In this document: piece by piece, positions 19,985-30,137 of the stretch
How positions within the stretch are numbered: the first letter of the stretch is position 1
How the letters are laid out: every line of letters begins with the position of its first letter
Source of the DNA: Dehalococcoidia bacterium
Lineage (GTDB): Bacteria > Chloroflexota > Dehalococcoidia > GIF9 > AB-539-J10
Assembly (NCBI GenBank): GCA_007129495.1
Contig: SKVJ01000039.1
Location: forward strand, 20,303 to 84,302
Length of the DNA: 64,000 nt
Reading direction: 5' to 3'
The notes under the pieces: generated by a model
The model's database searches: none
Told to the model about the DNA's origin: nothing
What the model saw: the letters and a program-made list of their open reading frames with translations, nothing else
Translations under genes and position numbers: made by a program

Positions 19985-22843
19985 ATGGCACACAGGATAG
20001 AGGTTGCGTTCAGAGCAGGTCTGGTTGATCCACGAGAGGATGGAGTTCTTGCCGGGATACGCGACTTGGGAATCACCGGGATCCAGCACGTGTCTGTAGC
20101 CGACGTGTATTGGGTTGATGCGTCCCTTCTCGAGACACAACTACGAGCTGCAGGTGCGATGCTGTTGTCGGATCCGGTTGCACAGGTATGTGGCTATGAT
20201 GGCGAACATGTGCGCGATAACTCACCATCGCTGTGGGCGCTGGAAGTTGCGTACAATCGTGGTGTCAGCGATCCACTCGAGGCTACTATTCTCAAAGGAC
20301 TGAAGGATATCGGCATCGACGATGTGCCACGAGCGCGTAGCGCGGTACGGTATGTCTTTCACGGATGGTGCAGCCAGGATGATATCGATGTCATCACGCA
20401 TCGCCTACTTCTTAATCCACTCGTACAACACGTGGTACAACCAGGAGAGGATGTATTTCCGGACGAGCCGACATATCAATTCGAATTACGTCAGGTACCT
20501 TTACTACATCTGGACGATGCCGCGCGGTCCGGAATCGCTTCGGCATATGGCTTCTCTCCGTCCGAACTCGATGCAATACATCACTACTTCGCTTCCATTG
20601 GTCGTGAACCGACAGATATCGAACTCGAAACGCTTGCGCAGTCCTGGTCGGAGCACTGTGTGCACAAAACTTTCAAGGCGAGGATCACTTTGGGTCGTGA
20701 GCGCATCGACAACCTGTTGCGCAGCACGATAATGCAGGCGACACGGGCCCTTGACAAGGAATGGTGTCTGTCCGTCTTTGAGGACAATGCCGGCGTGATT
20801 GATTTCGATGGCGAACACGCCATCTGCTTCAAGGTCGAAACCCACAATCACCCATCGGCTGTAGAACCCTATGGCGGAGCCGCAACTGGTCTCGGAGGCG
20901 TTGTTCGCGACGTTCTCGGGACCGGCCTCGGTGCCCGTCCTATTGCTAATACGGATGTGTTTTGCTTCGCTCCGCCTGATATGGCATACGATGCTCTTCC
21001 TGCTGGAGTGCTGCATCCAAGGAGAGTCTTCAAAGGCGTGAGGGCAGGTGTCGCCGACTATGGCAACAGGCTGGGCATCCCCACATTGAATGGGACTCTT
21101 CGGTTCGATCCGCGTTATATCGGAAATCCACTAGTGTTTTGCGGAACTGTCGGAATCATGCCTCGCTGGGCAGCCTATATGGGGAAACAGCAGCCGGGTG
21201 ATCTTGTAGTACTAATGGGAGGTCGCACAGGACGCGATGGTATTCACGGAGTCACGTTCGCTTCTGAGAAGCTGGATGACACCTCAGTTACCAGGTCCAG
21301 AAGCGCGGTACAGATCGGAAACGCGATTGTTGAGAAGCGCGTGATCGATGCTCTCATTCAGGCCCGTGACAAGAAGCTTTATCGGCGGATAACCGATTGT
21401 GGAGGTGGTGGCTTGTCTTCTGCGGTCGGTGAGATGGGAGCCGTGACCGGGGTGCGCGTGTATTTGGACAGGGTGCCTTTGAAGTACGCGGGTCTCTCGT
21501 ATGACGAGATATGGATATCTGAATCACAGGAACGCATGATCGTCGCCGTGCCCCCGGAGAACATCGACGAGTTAATGAAAGTCTGCAGTATCGAGAGGGT
21601 TGAAACCACCGTGATTGGTGAGTTCACGAATGACCGGCGCCTGGAGCTCGTCTATGATGGTGTACTTGTCGGCAATCTCGATATGGAGTTCTTGCACAAT
21701 GGACGCCCGCAACTGGACCTTGTTGCCACACGGCCGCATCAGGAGTGGACCGGCAAGGATCCCGCGTCCCCCGAGTCCTGCACGGCGGCGCTCTTTGCTG
21801 TTTTGTCCTCGCTCAATGTATGTAGCAAAGAGTGGGTTATTCGGCAATATGACCATGAGGTGCAGGGAGGTAGTGTCCTCAGGGCTCTTGTAGGGCCGGA
21901 GGCCGATGGTCCCGGAGATGCAGCCATCATCAAGCCGCTGCTTGAATCTGATCGCGGACTGGCGATAGCTAATGGGATCAACACTCGTTTTGGCGATATT
22001 GACGCTTACTGGATGGCGGCTTCCGCTATTGACGAAGCACTTCGCCAGGTAGTTGCTGTTGGGGCCGGCCTCGACAGGGTCGCGTTACTTGATAATTTCT
22101 GCTGGGGTCGTGCATCCGAACCGGAAAGCCTGTGGGCGCTTGTACAATCCTGTAAGGCCTGTCAGGACATGTCGTTGGCGTTTGACGTGCCCTTCATTTC
22201 CGGAAAGGACAGTCTCAACAATTTCACCGAGAGTGAGGGGAATATCATTACGATACCTCACACATTGCTGATCTCAGCCATTGCAGTGATGCCGGATGTC
22301 AATCGGGCCATCACGATGGATCTGAAGTCGGCCGGCAACTTGCTGTACGCTGTCGGCAGTACATTCGCAGAACTCGCTGGCTCGGAATACTGCAGCAATC
22401 TTCCTGACTGTGGTCGCAGAGTTCCTGAGGTTCGTTTCGAGACAGCACGTGCAACAATGCTGGCATTGGTTAATGCGATTAACGATGGACTGGTAGTTTC
22501 CTGTCACGATATGAGTGAAGGAGGGCTTGCCGTAGCCGTAGCCGAAATGGCATTTGCTGGAGCGCTCGGCGCGAACATCAGCATCTCTCGTGTGCCACTG
22601 GGTGAGAGCATTGACAGAAACGACATAATCCTTTTCTCGGAATCCAACAGTCGGTTTGTAGTCGAGGTTCCGGTAAGGCAGTCGGCCGAGTTCGAGCGGC
22701 GTATGAGTGGGGTATCCTGTGCGCAGATAGGAACCGTCATGGACGATGACAATCTTCACATATTGGGACTGGATGGTACGCCGGTAGTTTCTGCGACGTT
22801 GCGTGAATTGAAAGCCGCCTGGAAGCAGCCACTGGCCTGGTAG
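19985..22843 (+). CDS. purL: Phosphoribosylformylglycinamidine synthase PurL with N-terminal PurS-like domains
   Basis: WSEHCVHK, KVETHNHPS, DCGGGGL, SESQERM, ISGKDSL; N-terminal GLVDP...LLSDPV and GVSDP...LLLNPLV PurS-like repeats. Confidence 0.97.
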   Translation: MAHRIEVAFRAGLVDPREDGVLAGIRDLGITGIQHVSVADVYWVDASLLETQLRAAGAMLLSDPVAQVCGYDGEHVRDNSPSLWALEVAYNRGVSDPLEATILKGLKDIGIDDVPRARSAVRYVFHGWCSQDDIDVITHRLLLNPLVQHVVQPGEDVFPDEPTYQFELRQVPLLHLDDAARSGIASAYGFSPSELDAIHHYFASIGREPTDIELETLAQSWSEHCVHKTFKARITLGRERIDNLLRSTIMQATRALDKEWCLSVFEDNAGVIDFDGEHAICFKVETHNHPSAVEPYGGAATGLGGVVRDVLGTGLGARPIANTDVFCFAPPDMAYDALPAGVLHPRRVFKGVRAGVADYGNRLGIPTLNGTLRFDPRYIGNPLVFCGTVGIMPRWAAYMGKQQPGDLVVLMGGRTGRDGIHGVTFASEKLDDTSVTRSRSAVQIGNAIVEKRVIDALIQARDKKLYRRITDCGGGGLSSAVGEMGAVTGVRVYLDRVPLKYAGLSYDEIWISESQERMIVAVPPENIDELMKVCSIERVETTVIGEFTNDRRLELVYDGVLVGNLDMEFLHNGRPQLDLVATRPHQEWTGKDPASPESCTAALFAVLSSLNVCSKEWVIRQYDHEVQGGSVLRALVGPEADGPGDAAIIKPLLESDRGLAIANGINTRFGDIDAYWMAASAIDEALRQVVAVGAGLDRVALLDNFCWGRASEPESLWALVQSCKACQDMSLAFDVPFISGKDSLNNFTESEGNIITIPHTLLISAIAVMPDVNRAITMDLKSAGNLLYAVGSTFAELAGSEYCSNLPDCGRRVPEVRFETARATMLALVNAINDGLVVSCHDMSEGGLAVAVAEMAFAGALGANISISRVPLGESIDRNDIILFSESNSRFVVEVPVRQSAEFERRMSGVSCAQIGTVMDDDNLHILGLDGTPVVSATLRELKAAWKQPLAW

Positions 22844-22848
22844 ACAGA

Positions 22849-23613
22849 ATGGGCAAACCAAGAGTACTGGTTCTCAGAGCGCCGGGAACCAACTGTGATC
22901 TCGAAACGGCCTACGCGTTTGAACTTGCGGGGGCCGAATCATCGCTCGTCCACATCACTCGCATGATCTCCCATGAGGTAACTTTGGCGGAGTGTTCTAT
23001 CTTCGTTATTCCCGGCGGATTCAGTTACGGTGATGATCTTGGTGCCGGAAAGGTGATGGCAAACGAATTGGATCAACGCCTTCATGACCAGGTGGCCGAG
23101 TTTGTGGCTCGAGGTGGCCTGGTGCTTGGGATCTGCAATGGCTTTCAGGTTCTGGTAAGGGCTGGGCTGCTACCTGTCCCGTTTGGCGGACAGCGGTCAA
23201 GTCTTCTGGTCAACAGATCCGGTCGATTTGAATGCCGCTGGATTCATCTGCGCATTGCTCCGGGAAATCCGTGCGTATTCACACCTGGCGTTGTCGCTCT
23301 TGATCTTGCAGTTGCGCACGGCGAAGGCAGATTGTATGTGCCTGAATCGAGCGAATCTGATTTGACTCCTGTGCTCTACTATGCCCGACCAGATGGGCGT
23401 GAGCCTGAGTACCCCGCGGATCCGAACGGATCGTTCAAACATATTGCCGGGCTTTGTGATGAATCGGGCAGGATTTTCGGGCTGATGCCGCATCCCGAGC
23501 GGTTTGTGCGTTTGTCCCAGCACCCACGGTGGAGCACCAGGGCTGAAAGGGATGGTCCTGGTGATGGGCTGGCATTCTTCGTGAACGCAGTGAATTATGC
23601 CCGGAGTTTGTAG
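22849..23613 (+). CDS. purQ: FGAM synthase glutaminase subunit
   Basis: PGTNCD, PGGFSYGD, GICNGFQ, AHGEG, MPHPER. Confidence 0.96.
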   Translation: MGKPRVLVLRAPGTNCDLETAYAFELAGAESSLVHITRMISHEVTLAECSIFVIPGGFSYGDDLGAGKVMANELDQRLHDQVAEFVARGGLVLGICNGFQVLVRAGLLPVPFGGQRSSLLVNRSGRFECRWIHLRIAPGNPCVFTPGVVALDLAVAHGEGRLYVPESSESDLTPVLYYARPDGREPEYPADPNGSFKHIAGLCDESGRIFGLMPHPERFVRLSQHPRWSTRAERDGPGDGLAFFVNAVNYARSL

Positions 23614-23629
23614 CAGATAGTGCGGTTCG

Positions 23630-24622
23630 TCAAATGTGGCTGATATCCACCAATCGCTCGTAGTCAATCAGGCCGCTCTCAGCCGAGTTTTCTACTTCAA
23701 TCCCTGCTTCTGCTGCTGCTGCGACCGGATTGAGGCCACCGAGCAAGATCATGCCTACCTTGTTCATACCAACTTCTATCTGACATATCGGCTCACTGGT
23801 GTTGCCGAGAAGGTAGACACCATGAATGCCCGCAGCTCGAAGTTCCTCGATGCGCCTTTCGACTACGACACGCGACGGAGCGAGAATTTCGCGGAAATTG
23901 GCGAGGATGCGTCCTGTGCCGGATTCAGCAGCATTTCTGACATCTGTCATTCCGGCGCGTATGTACTGTTCCGAAGGATCAAGGGAAGTGCCATCATACT
24001 TGATAATGGCAACGAACCGCCGTGGCCTCCCGCTCTTGAGTTCCAGTACGCCCCCGAAGCGTGACTCAATGGGGACCGAGGACTTCAGCAGGACACCATT
24101 CACAACCACTCCGCACACGGTTGCCAGACCTACCATCCCTGCCGGCACCACACGCGTGCCTAATTTCTCCCCCTCGTGAGCCACTGACACCAGCCGGCTC
24201 GCACAGAGATTGCGGTCGAAGGCCGGTTGCATCTCTTGTAGCGCGTTGCGAAAGTCATCGGCGCGGAAGAGCGAAGTGTTTACGGGAACAAGTCCTGTCC
24301 TGCGGTTCGGGTCGAACGTGGTCTGGAACGCGAGGAGTTGCAGTTTCTCGATGATGAACCCCACCTGTTCCGGTGCGAGTGCATTGCGCAACTCATCGAG
24401 CCCCTCCCAGGTAATGATTCTGCCATCCCGTCCTTTGGGCTCGGTATAGCCTCGTTCGTCGGTCATCCGCAGGTGATACCGTACTGCTCTCTCGCTCAGA
24501 AAGACACCGTGTCTCTCCAGGTCACGAGAAATCGTGATGGATCCGAGGGGTTCGGCTGATTCCGACAGAACCTTCAGAATGGCGATGGTCTTTCGTTCGG
24601 TGTCTCTATCAAGGGTCTGCAT
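23630..24622 (-). CDS. nrpR: NrpR-type nitrogen repressor (wHTH plus single NRD/DUF128 domain)
   Basis: N-terminal LSERAVRYHL...GRIIT..G..EL; C-terminal ATVC...NGVLLK, YDGTSLDP, LANFRE, GGLNPVAA. Confidence 0.9.
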   Translation of the reverse strand: MQTLDRDTERKTIAILKVLSESAEPLGSITISRDLERHGVFLSERAVRYHLRMTDERGYTEPKGRDGRIITWEGLDELRNALAPEQVGFIIEKLQLLAFQTTFDPNRRTGLVPVNTSLFRADDFRNALQEMQPAFDRNLCASRLVSVAHEGEKLGTRVVPAGMVGLATVCGVVVNGVLLKSSVPIESRFGGVLELKSGRPRRFVAIIKYDGTSLDPSEQYIRAGMTDVRNAAESGTGRILANFREILAPSRVVVERRIEELRAAGIHGVYLLGNTSEPICQIEVGMNKVGMILLGGLNPVAAAAEAGIEVENSAESGLIDYERLVDISHI

Positions 24623-24689
24623 CAGTGAATTCTCGGTGCCGGCTCACCTTTATTCGTGGCCGGGTGCTCTGCAGGGACAGTATACAGTG

Positions 24690-25307
24690 TCAGGCACTGG
24701 AATCCGACGGGTGTTGACCTTGAATCCCCGCAATATGCAGGAAGTACTGGTGTACACGCAGGTCTGGCACGAACTCGGGATGAAAGCTGGTGGCGAAAAT
24801 ACGGGATTGTTGACAGGCCACAATGGTTCCGCTGTGCAGCCGGGAAATGACGCGGACCTTCGGTCCGCATGACTCGATAATCGGAGCTCGAATGAAGACT
24901 CCACGAAAGACGGAACCCGCGAGACCATCTATCATCAAGTCTTCCTCGAAGCTTTGCACCTGTCTGCCAAAGGCATTGCGAGCTACGGAGACGTCGAGAA
25001 GTCCGAGAGGAGTCATACTGTGGCTGGTGACCGTCTTGGCTAGCACGATGATGCCAGCACAGGTGCCGAATGTAGGGAGACCGTTAATGATAGCGTTCAG
25101 CAATGGCTCGCGGAGGGCAAACTCATCGATTAGCTTGAGAAGCGTCGTCGATTCTCCTCCCGGCAGAATGATTCCGTCGATGCCTTCCAGGTGTTCTGGC
25201 AGGCGCACTTCTCGTACGCTCGCCCCAAGCTGTTTCAGAGCCGCGCTGTGCTCCATGAATGACCCTTGCAGGCACAGGACACCAATCGTCGGGCGACCGG
25301 ATATCAT
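24690..25307 (-). CDS. pdxT: PLP synthase glutaminase subunit
   Basis: GVLCLQGSF.EH, LPGGEST, GTCAG, RNAFGRQVQSF, VFIRAP, FHPE; ATGA overlap with purF. Confidence 0.96.
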   Translation of the reverse strand: MISGRPTIGVLCLQGSFMEHSAALKQLGASVREVRLPEHLEGIDGIILPGGESTTLLKLIDEFALREPLLNAIINGLPTFGTCAGIIVLAKTVTSHSMTPLGLLDVSVARNAFGRQVQSFEEDLMIDGLAGSVFRGVFIRAPIIESCGPKVRVISRLHSGTIVACQQSRIFATSFHPEFVPDLRVHQYFLHIAGIQGQHPSDSSA

Positions 25308-26734
25308 GGTGCGGTCTCCAGCGCCAGCTTGCCCAGTCCCATCTGGACAGGCACCGGGTACTGGCCGGTGAAGCAGGCCGTACAAAGGCTGCTACACGGG
25401 CGTTGCAGTGCTTTCTGTAGTCCTTCAAGGCTGATGTAACCGAGAGAATCGGCCTGAACATGCTTCTGTATTTCGGCAACTGAGTAGCGGGCTGCGATAA
25501 GCTCAGATTCGGTCGGAATGTCCACGCCAAGAAAGCAGGGGTGGATCAGCGGCGGGGCACAAATTCTGAGGTGAACCTCTCGTGCACCAGCGGCTCGCAG
25601 AAGAGCGACTACGTGTGGTGTGGTCGTGCCGCGAACGATGCTGTCATCCAGCACGACAAGTCGTTTACCCGCTATCGTGCCGGAAAGTGGATTGAACTTC
25701 AATTGTACGCCGAGGTCTCTCAGGCGCTGGTCGGGAGCAATGAACGTGCGGCCAATATAACGATTCTTGAGCAGCCCTTCACAGTACGGGATGCCGGATG
25801 CATCAGCGAAACCGATAGCGGCGGGAATTGCGGAATCCGGAATGCCAAGTACGAGATCTGCGTCGACCGGGTATTCACGCCAGAGTTGCGCACCCATATC
25901 CTGTCTACTGTCATAGACGAGCCTGTTCTCAAGCGTACTGTCGGGTCGTGCGAGATAGATGTATTCGAAGGCACAGAATGCATGGCGCTGCCCCTCTCCT
26001 ATGTGCAGTCGCGTAACACCATCCGCGCCAAATGCGAGCAGCTCGCCAGGCTCAAGTTCACGTTCGAATCGTGCGCCGATATGGTCGAGGGCACATGATT
26101 CGGAAGCCACAACCGGACTCAAACCGATGTATCCCAGGCACAGAGGGCGAACCCCGTTGGGATCACGCACGGCGATAAGCCTGTCTGTCGTGAGCAGGGT
26201 GAGGGAGTAGGCGCCTATGAGACGACGGGTTGCGGAAGCGACTCGCTCCACCCAATTATGACCGGGTGTCGAAAGGATGAGGTTTGCGATCACTTCGGAA
26301 TCTGTCGTTGCACTGAACTTGAATCCCTTCTCAAGCAGTTCCTGACGAAGCTGGACGGCGTTCACAATGTTGCCGTTATGCGCCAGTGCGATCTTGCCTT
26401 CAGGACCTGATACCACTATCGGCTGAGCATTGACGCTGCTGTTCGTTCCAGTAGTTGAATAGCGGTTGTGACCAATTCCAGAGAAGCCACTCAGACGGGA
26501 GAGCGACTCTTCATCGAATACCTGTGAGACAAGCCCGATTGCTGCATGGCGCTTGAGGTCGCGTCCATTAGAGACCACAATACCGCTGCTCTCCTGGCCG
26601 CGGTGCTGTAGCGCGAATAACGCGAAGAATATCAGGCGGGCCACGTCTTCGGGTGGGGAAAAAGTGCCGAAGACAGCGCACTTGTCATGGATCATGCTTG
26701 ATACAACCTCAGTAGTCCCTGAGAGTGCTGTCAA
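25304..26734 (-). CDS. purF: Amidophosphoribosyltransferase
   Basis: Propeptide then CAVFG (Ntn Cys), LQHRGQE, GHNRYST, VVLDDSIVRGTT, Fe-S Cys; start may be ATG 26695. Confidence 0.97.
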   Translation of the reverse strand: MTALSGTTEVVSSMIHDKCAVFGTFSPPEDVARLIFFALFALQHRGQESSGIVVSNGRDLKRHAAIGLVSQVFDEESLSRLSGFSGIGHNRYSTTGTNSSVNAQPIVVSGPEGKIALAHNGNIVNAVQLRQELLEKGFKFSATTDSEVIANLILSTPGHNWVERVASATRRLIGAYSLTLLTTDRLIAVRDPNGVRPLCLGYIGLSPVVASESCALDHIGARFERELEPGELLAFGADGVTRLHIGEGQRHAFCAFEYIYLARPDSTLENRLVYDSRQDMGAQLWREYPVDADLVLGIPDSAIPAAIGFADASGIPYCEGLLKNRYIGRTFIAPDQRLRDLGVQLKFNPLSGTIAGKRLVVLDDSIVRGTTTPHVVALLRAAGAREVHLRICAPPLIHPCFLGVDIPTESELIAARYSVAEIQKHVQADSLGYISLEGLQKALQRPCSSLCTACFTGQYPVPVQMGLGKLALETAP

Positions 26735-27836
26735 CTCGGTTGCGTCTAGTTGAGTTCTCGTTCATCAAGTCCACGAACTGATGAAAGAGGTATGTGCTGT
26801 CCAGGGGCCCCGGCGTACCTTCAGCATGATACTGGATGGAGATCAGGGGATACTCCTCATGAGTGATACCCTCGACAGTGCCATCGTTCAGGTTCACATG
26901 GCTTATGGCGATGCCTTGAGGAAGGGTTTCACCAGCCACAGCGTAACCATGATTTTGAGTCGTGATATATACGCGTCCTGTGTGGACGTCACGCACTGGA
27001 TGATTCCCGCCATGGTGGCCGAACTTCAGTTTGAAGGTCTGACCGCCCAGCGCGCGTGCGATAACCTGGTGGCCGAGGCAGACACCCATCAGAGGCACAC
27101 GGCCCAGCAACTGGCGCATCACCTCCTCGAGGTCGGTCAAGTGGGCCGGATCTCCAGGTCCGGGTGACAGCAGGACACCATCGGGAGACAACTCGCGTAT
27201 GCGATCAAGGCCGGCAGAGACAGGCACAACCGTAACCCTGCAGCCAGCGGCTGTGAGGTGTCTGATGATACTTTGCTTCACACCGCAGTCAACCAGAACT
27301 ACGTGATACGCCTCGTCGGGCGTAGTGGCAGTGGCCACTCGCTCGCTGTCCGTACTCACTTCATGGGCCAGTGGCATCTGTCCGTATGCCAGCGTAGAGC
27401 GAAGTTCACGCAGGGCGTCTTCCGGCAGGAGATCAGATGTGAGGACACCCATCATGACGCCGGCGGCCCGGAGCTTACGTGTCAGAGCGCGTGTATCCAG
27501 ACCTGCGATACCGGGGATGCCGTGTGTCGACAGATAGCTATCGAGTGTTTGGACGGACTGGAAATGGCTTGGTGTTGCACAGTGCTCGCGCACCACAAGG
27601 CCACGCGCCTGGACATGAGGCGACTCGTCATCGATCGGATTGATTCCGTAGTTGCCGACAAGTGGATATGTAAGCACCAGCAACTGGCCCCTGAACGAAG
27701 GGTCCGTCAGCATCTCCTGGTAGCCTGTCATGCTTGTGTCAAAAACTACCTCGCCGTACGTGGTAGTGTCAGCTCCAAATGACTCCCCCTCGTACGTAGT
27801 ACCATCTTCGAGTATCAGGTAGGCTTTCTTAGTCAT
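26709..27836 (-). CDS. carA: Carbamoyl-phosphate synthase small (glutaminase) subunit
   Basis: GEVVFDTSMTGYQE..TDPS, LSPGPGDP, GVCLGHQ, QNHGYAV, QYHAE. Confidence 0.97.
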   Translation of the reverse strand: MTKKAYLILEDGTTYEGESFGADTTTYGEVVFDTSMTGYQEMLTDPSFRGQLLVLTYPLVGNYGINPIDDESPHVQARGLVVREHCATPSHFQSVQTLDSYLSTHGIPGIAGLDTRALTRKLRAAGVMMGVLTSDLLPEDALRELRSTLAYGQMPLAHEVSTDSERVATATTPDEAYHVVLVDCGVKQSIIRHLTAAGCRVTVVPVSAGLDRIRELSPDGVLLSPGPGDPAHLTDLEEVMRQLLGRVPLMGVCLGHQVIARALGGQTFKLKFGHHGGNHPVRDVHTGRVYITTQNHGYAVAGETLPQGIAISHVNLNDGTVEGITHEEYPLISIQYHAEGTPGPLDSTYLFHQFVDLMNENSTRRNRVDSTLRDY

Positions 27837-27880
27837 ATCGTCCACTCCTGACGGGCGGTACGTATTCAACGGTCACCGGA

Positions 27881-29638
27881 TCAACCATGGAATCTGTTGG
27901 TGATCGGAAGGCGACGGTCGCGACCGAATGCCCGAGTCGTTATTTTGATTCCCGGCGGTGCCTGGCGTCTCTTGTACTCACTGTGATCGACGAGCTGTGC
28001 GGTGCGCTCAACGATGTCCGCGTCATGGCCAAGTGCGACTATCTGTGCCACGCTTCTATCGTCTTCCACGTACAGCTTGAGGATAGGATCCAGTACTTCA
28101 TAGGGTGGAAGACTATCGCTGTCTTTTTGATTCGGTCGCAGCTCTGCCGACGGTGGCCGGCACATGACCCTAGGTGGGATGACACAATCCGGGCCCAGTG
28201 AGTTGCGATGGTGCGACAATTCGTATACAAGAGACTTGGGAACGTCCTTGAGTACGGCGAAACCTCCAGCCATGTCGCCATACAGTGTAGTGTACCCGGT
28301 GGCCATCTCACTCTTGTTACCAGTAGTTAAGACAAGCCAGCGGAACTTGTTTGAGAGAGACATCAGTATTGTTCCGCGTATACGCGCCTGAAGATTTTCC
28401 TCTGTCGAGTCTTCTTCCAGTCCTTCGAAAACCGGGCCGAGCATTTCTAGGAACGCAGTGTATGCAGGCTCCACGGGAATTGTGATTAGACGGATGTTGA
28501 GGTTATCAGCGACTGCTTGAGCGTTGTCGCTACTCTCGGAAGCTGTGAATCTGGATGGCAGGCAGACTGCGACAACATTCTCCGGTCCGAGCGCATCGCA
28601 TGCGATGCAGGCCACAAGAGACGAATCGATACCACCAGACAGCCCTATGACGACCTGGTCGAATCCGTTCTTGCGCACGTAATCTGCAGTCCCGAGCACC
28701 AGGGCGCGATATACCTCGTCGCACTTGTCGACAGGCTGAAACGTGCAGGGTTGCAGCGCAGGCTTCGCGTGGTCACCCACAGTGGCGGCGATGTCTATCT
28801 CGGTGTTATCCGTCGTGCGGCCGCGCACCAACGTCTCAGTCTTGCGCCATCTCGGGTCGTGAAGGCGGGCACGAAACACGGATTCGATCTGCACGTCGGC
28901 AACGACCAGATCTTCCTTGAACGCTTCTCCCGCAGCCAGCACTGCTCCCTGTTCATCGACGATCATACTCTCGCCGTCAAATACCAATTCGTCCTGTCCG
29001 CCAACCAGATTACACATAGCGAACACGCAGACGTTATCTCTCGCCCTGGTTGCCAGCATCTGACGACGGCTGTCGCATTTTCCGCGATGATAGGGAGATG
29101 CGCTCAGATTCACGATGATCTCCGCGCCATTCGCAGCCTGTACGCTGGCGGGTCCACCCTCGTACCAGATGTCTTCGCAGATAGTGACGCCGATGCCGAC
29201 TCCGCCAAGACGGAATACCGGACTGGCACGGCCTGCGCGGAAGTATCGGTTCTCATCAAAGACGCCGTAGTTGGGGAGGAAGACCTTATGGTAGATACCA
29301 CGGACGCCGCCATCGTAGAGAATCGCTGCCGCGTTGTATACATCGGAATCGCTGTCCACGAATCCTACTATCACGAGAGAATGGCGCGTGTGTTCAGCGA
29401 TAAGGCGAAGGGAACACTGATTCTCGTTGATGAAGCGAGGGCGTAACAACAGGTCTTCAGGCGGATACCCGCTTATGGCCAACTCGGGGAACACAATTAC
29501 ATCAGCACCTCTCGCCACCGCCTCATCAACAGATGAAATGATGCGCTCGGTGTTGCCAGCCAGGTCACCGACGGTACTGTTGATCTGCGCGAGTGCGATA
29601 CGAACAGACAGCGCTTGCTGTCGGTCGGGGTAGCTCAT
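27881..29638 (-). CDS. nadE: Glutamine-dependent NAD+ synthetase
   Basis: Nitrilase domain (FPEL, YHK.FLPNY, ICEDIW) plus GLSGGIDS, ENLQARIRG, TGNKSE; start uncertain (29638/29647/29686). Confidence 0.96.
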   Translation of the reverse strand: MSYPDRQQALSVRIALAQINSTVGDLAGNTERIISSVDEAVARGADVIVFPELAISGYPPEDLLLRPRFINENQCSLRLIAEHTRHSLVIVGFVDSDSDVYNAAAILYDGGVRGIYHKVFLPNYGVFDENRYFRAGRASPVFRLGGVGIGVTICEDIWYEGGPASVQAANGAEIIVNLSASPYHRGKCDSRRQMLATRARDNVCVFAMCNLVGGQDELVFDGESMIVDEQGAVLAAGEAFKEDLVVADVQIESVFRARLHDPRWRKTETLVRGRTTDNTEIDIAATVGDHAKPALQPCTFQPVDKCDEVYRALVLGTADYVRKNGFDQVVIGLSGGIDSSLVACIACDALGPENVVAVCLPSRFTASESSDNAQAVADNLNIRLITIPVEPAYTAFLEMLGPVFEGLEEDSTEENLQARIRGTILMSLSNKFRWLVLTTGNKSEMATGYTTLYGDMAGGFAVLKDVPKSLVYELSHHRNSLGPDCVIPPRVMCRPPSAELRPNQKDSDSLPPYEVLDPILKLYVEDDRSVAQIVALGHDADIVERTAQLVDHSEYKRRQAPPGIKITTRAFGRDRRLPITNRFHG

Positions 29639-30137
29639 TCTCTGCATCAAGCTATTCTCGCTGTTAGCTCGTGGGTGTATCCTCACCGTATATTGTAGCA
29701 GGTTGTCGTCATTACGTGTGCTATGGCGTCAGCTGGCCATCGGTGATGCCGGAAAACCACGGATCTCGACGTCCGCTTGGGTACGTATTGCTGCGAATTG
29801 TGGTCATTGCTATAGTGTGTGCTGGTTACTACAATTGTTCAACGACCCTTGGGTTTCTAATAAGAATGACACGGGTGGTTCCAGTTAAAGAACTTCGTTG
29901 TCACTCGATCTCGATAGTTGCCAGGATCCGGGCAACAGTCTTCGAAACGAGGTGTGAGTTATCCGCGCGCTGCGCTGGTCTGTTGAAGAATTGAGATCGG
30001 TTACGATACGAACTTAGAAATACTACTATGTTGATTCAGTCTTCATCTGTCGTGGTGTACTCCCCGCACCTAGTTTGAAGTGGGTGGGGATATGCCGAAG
30101 CGGCTATGTGCAGCACCAGTGAAAAGGAGCAGAGTAA

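Noticed and set aside
29671-29994. 107-aa plus-strand ORF in the nadE/gdh intergenic region
   Set aside because: No SD, atypical composition and no recognisable motifs; it overlaps the probable nadE promoter.
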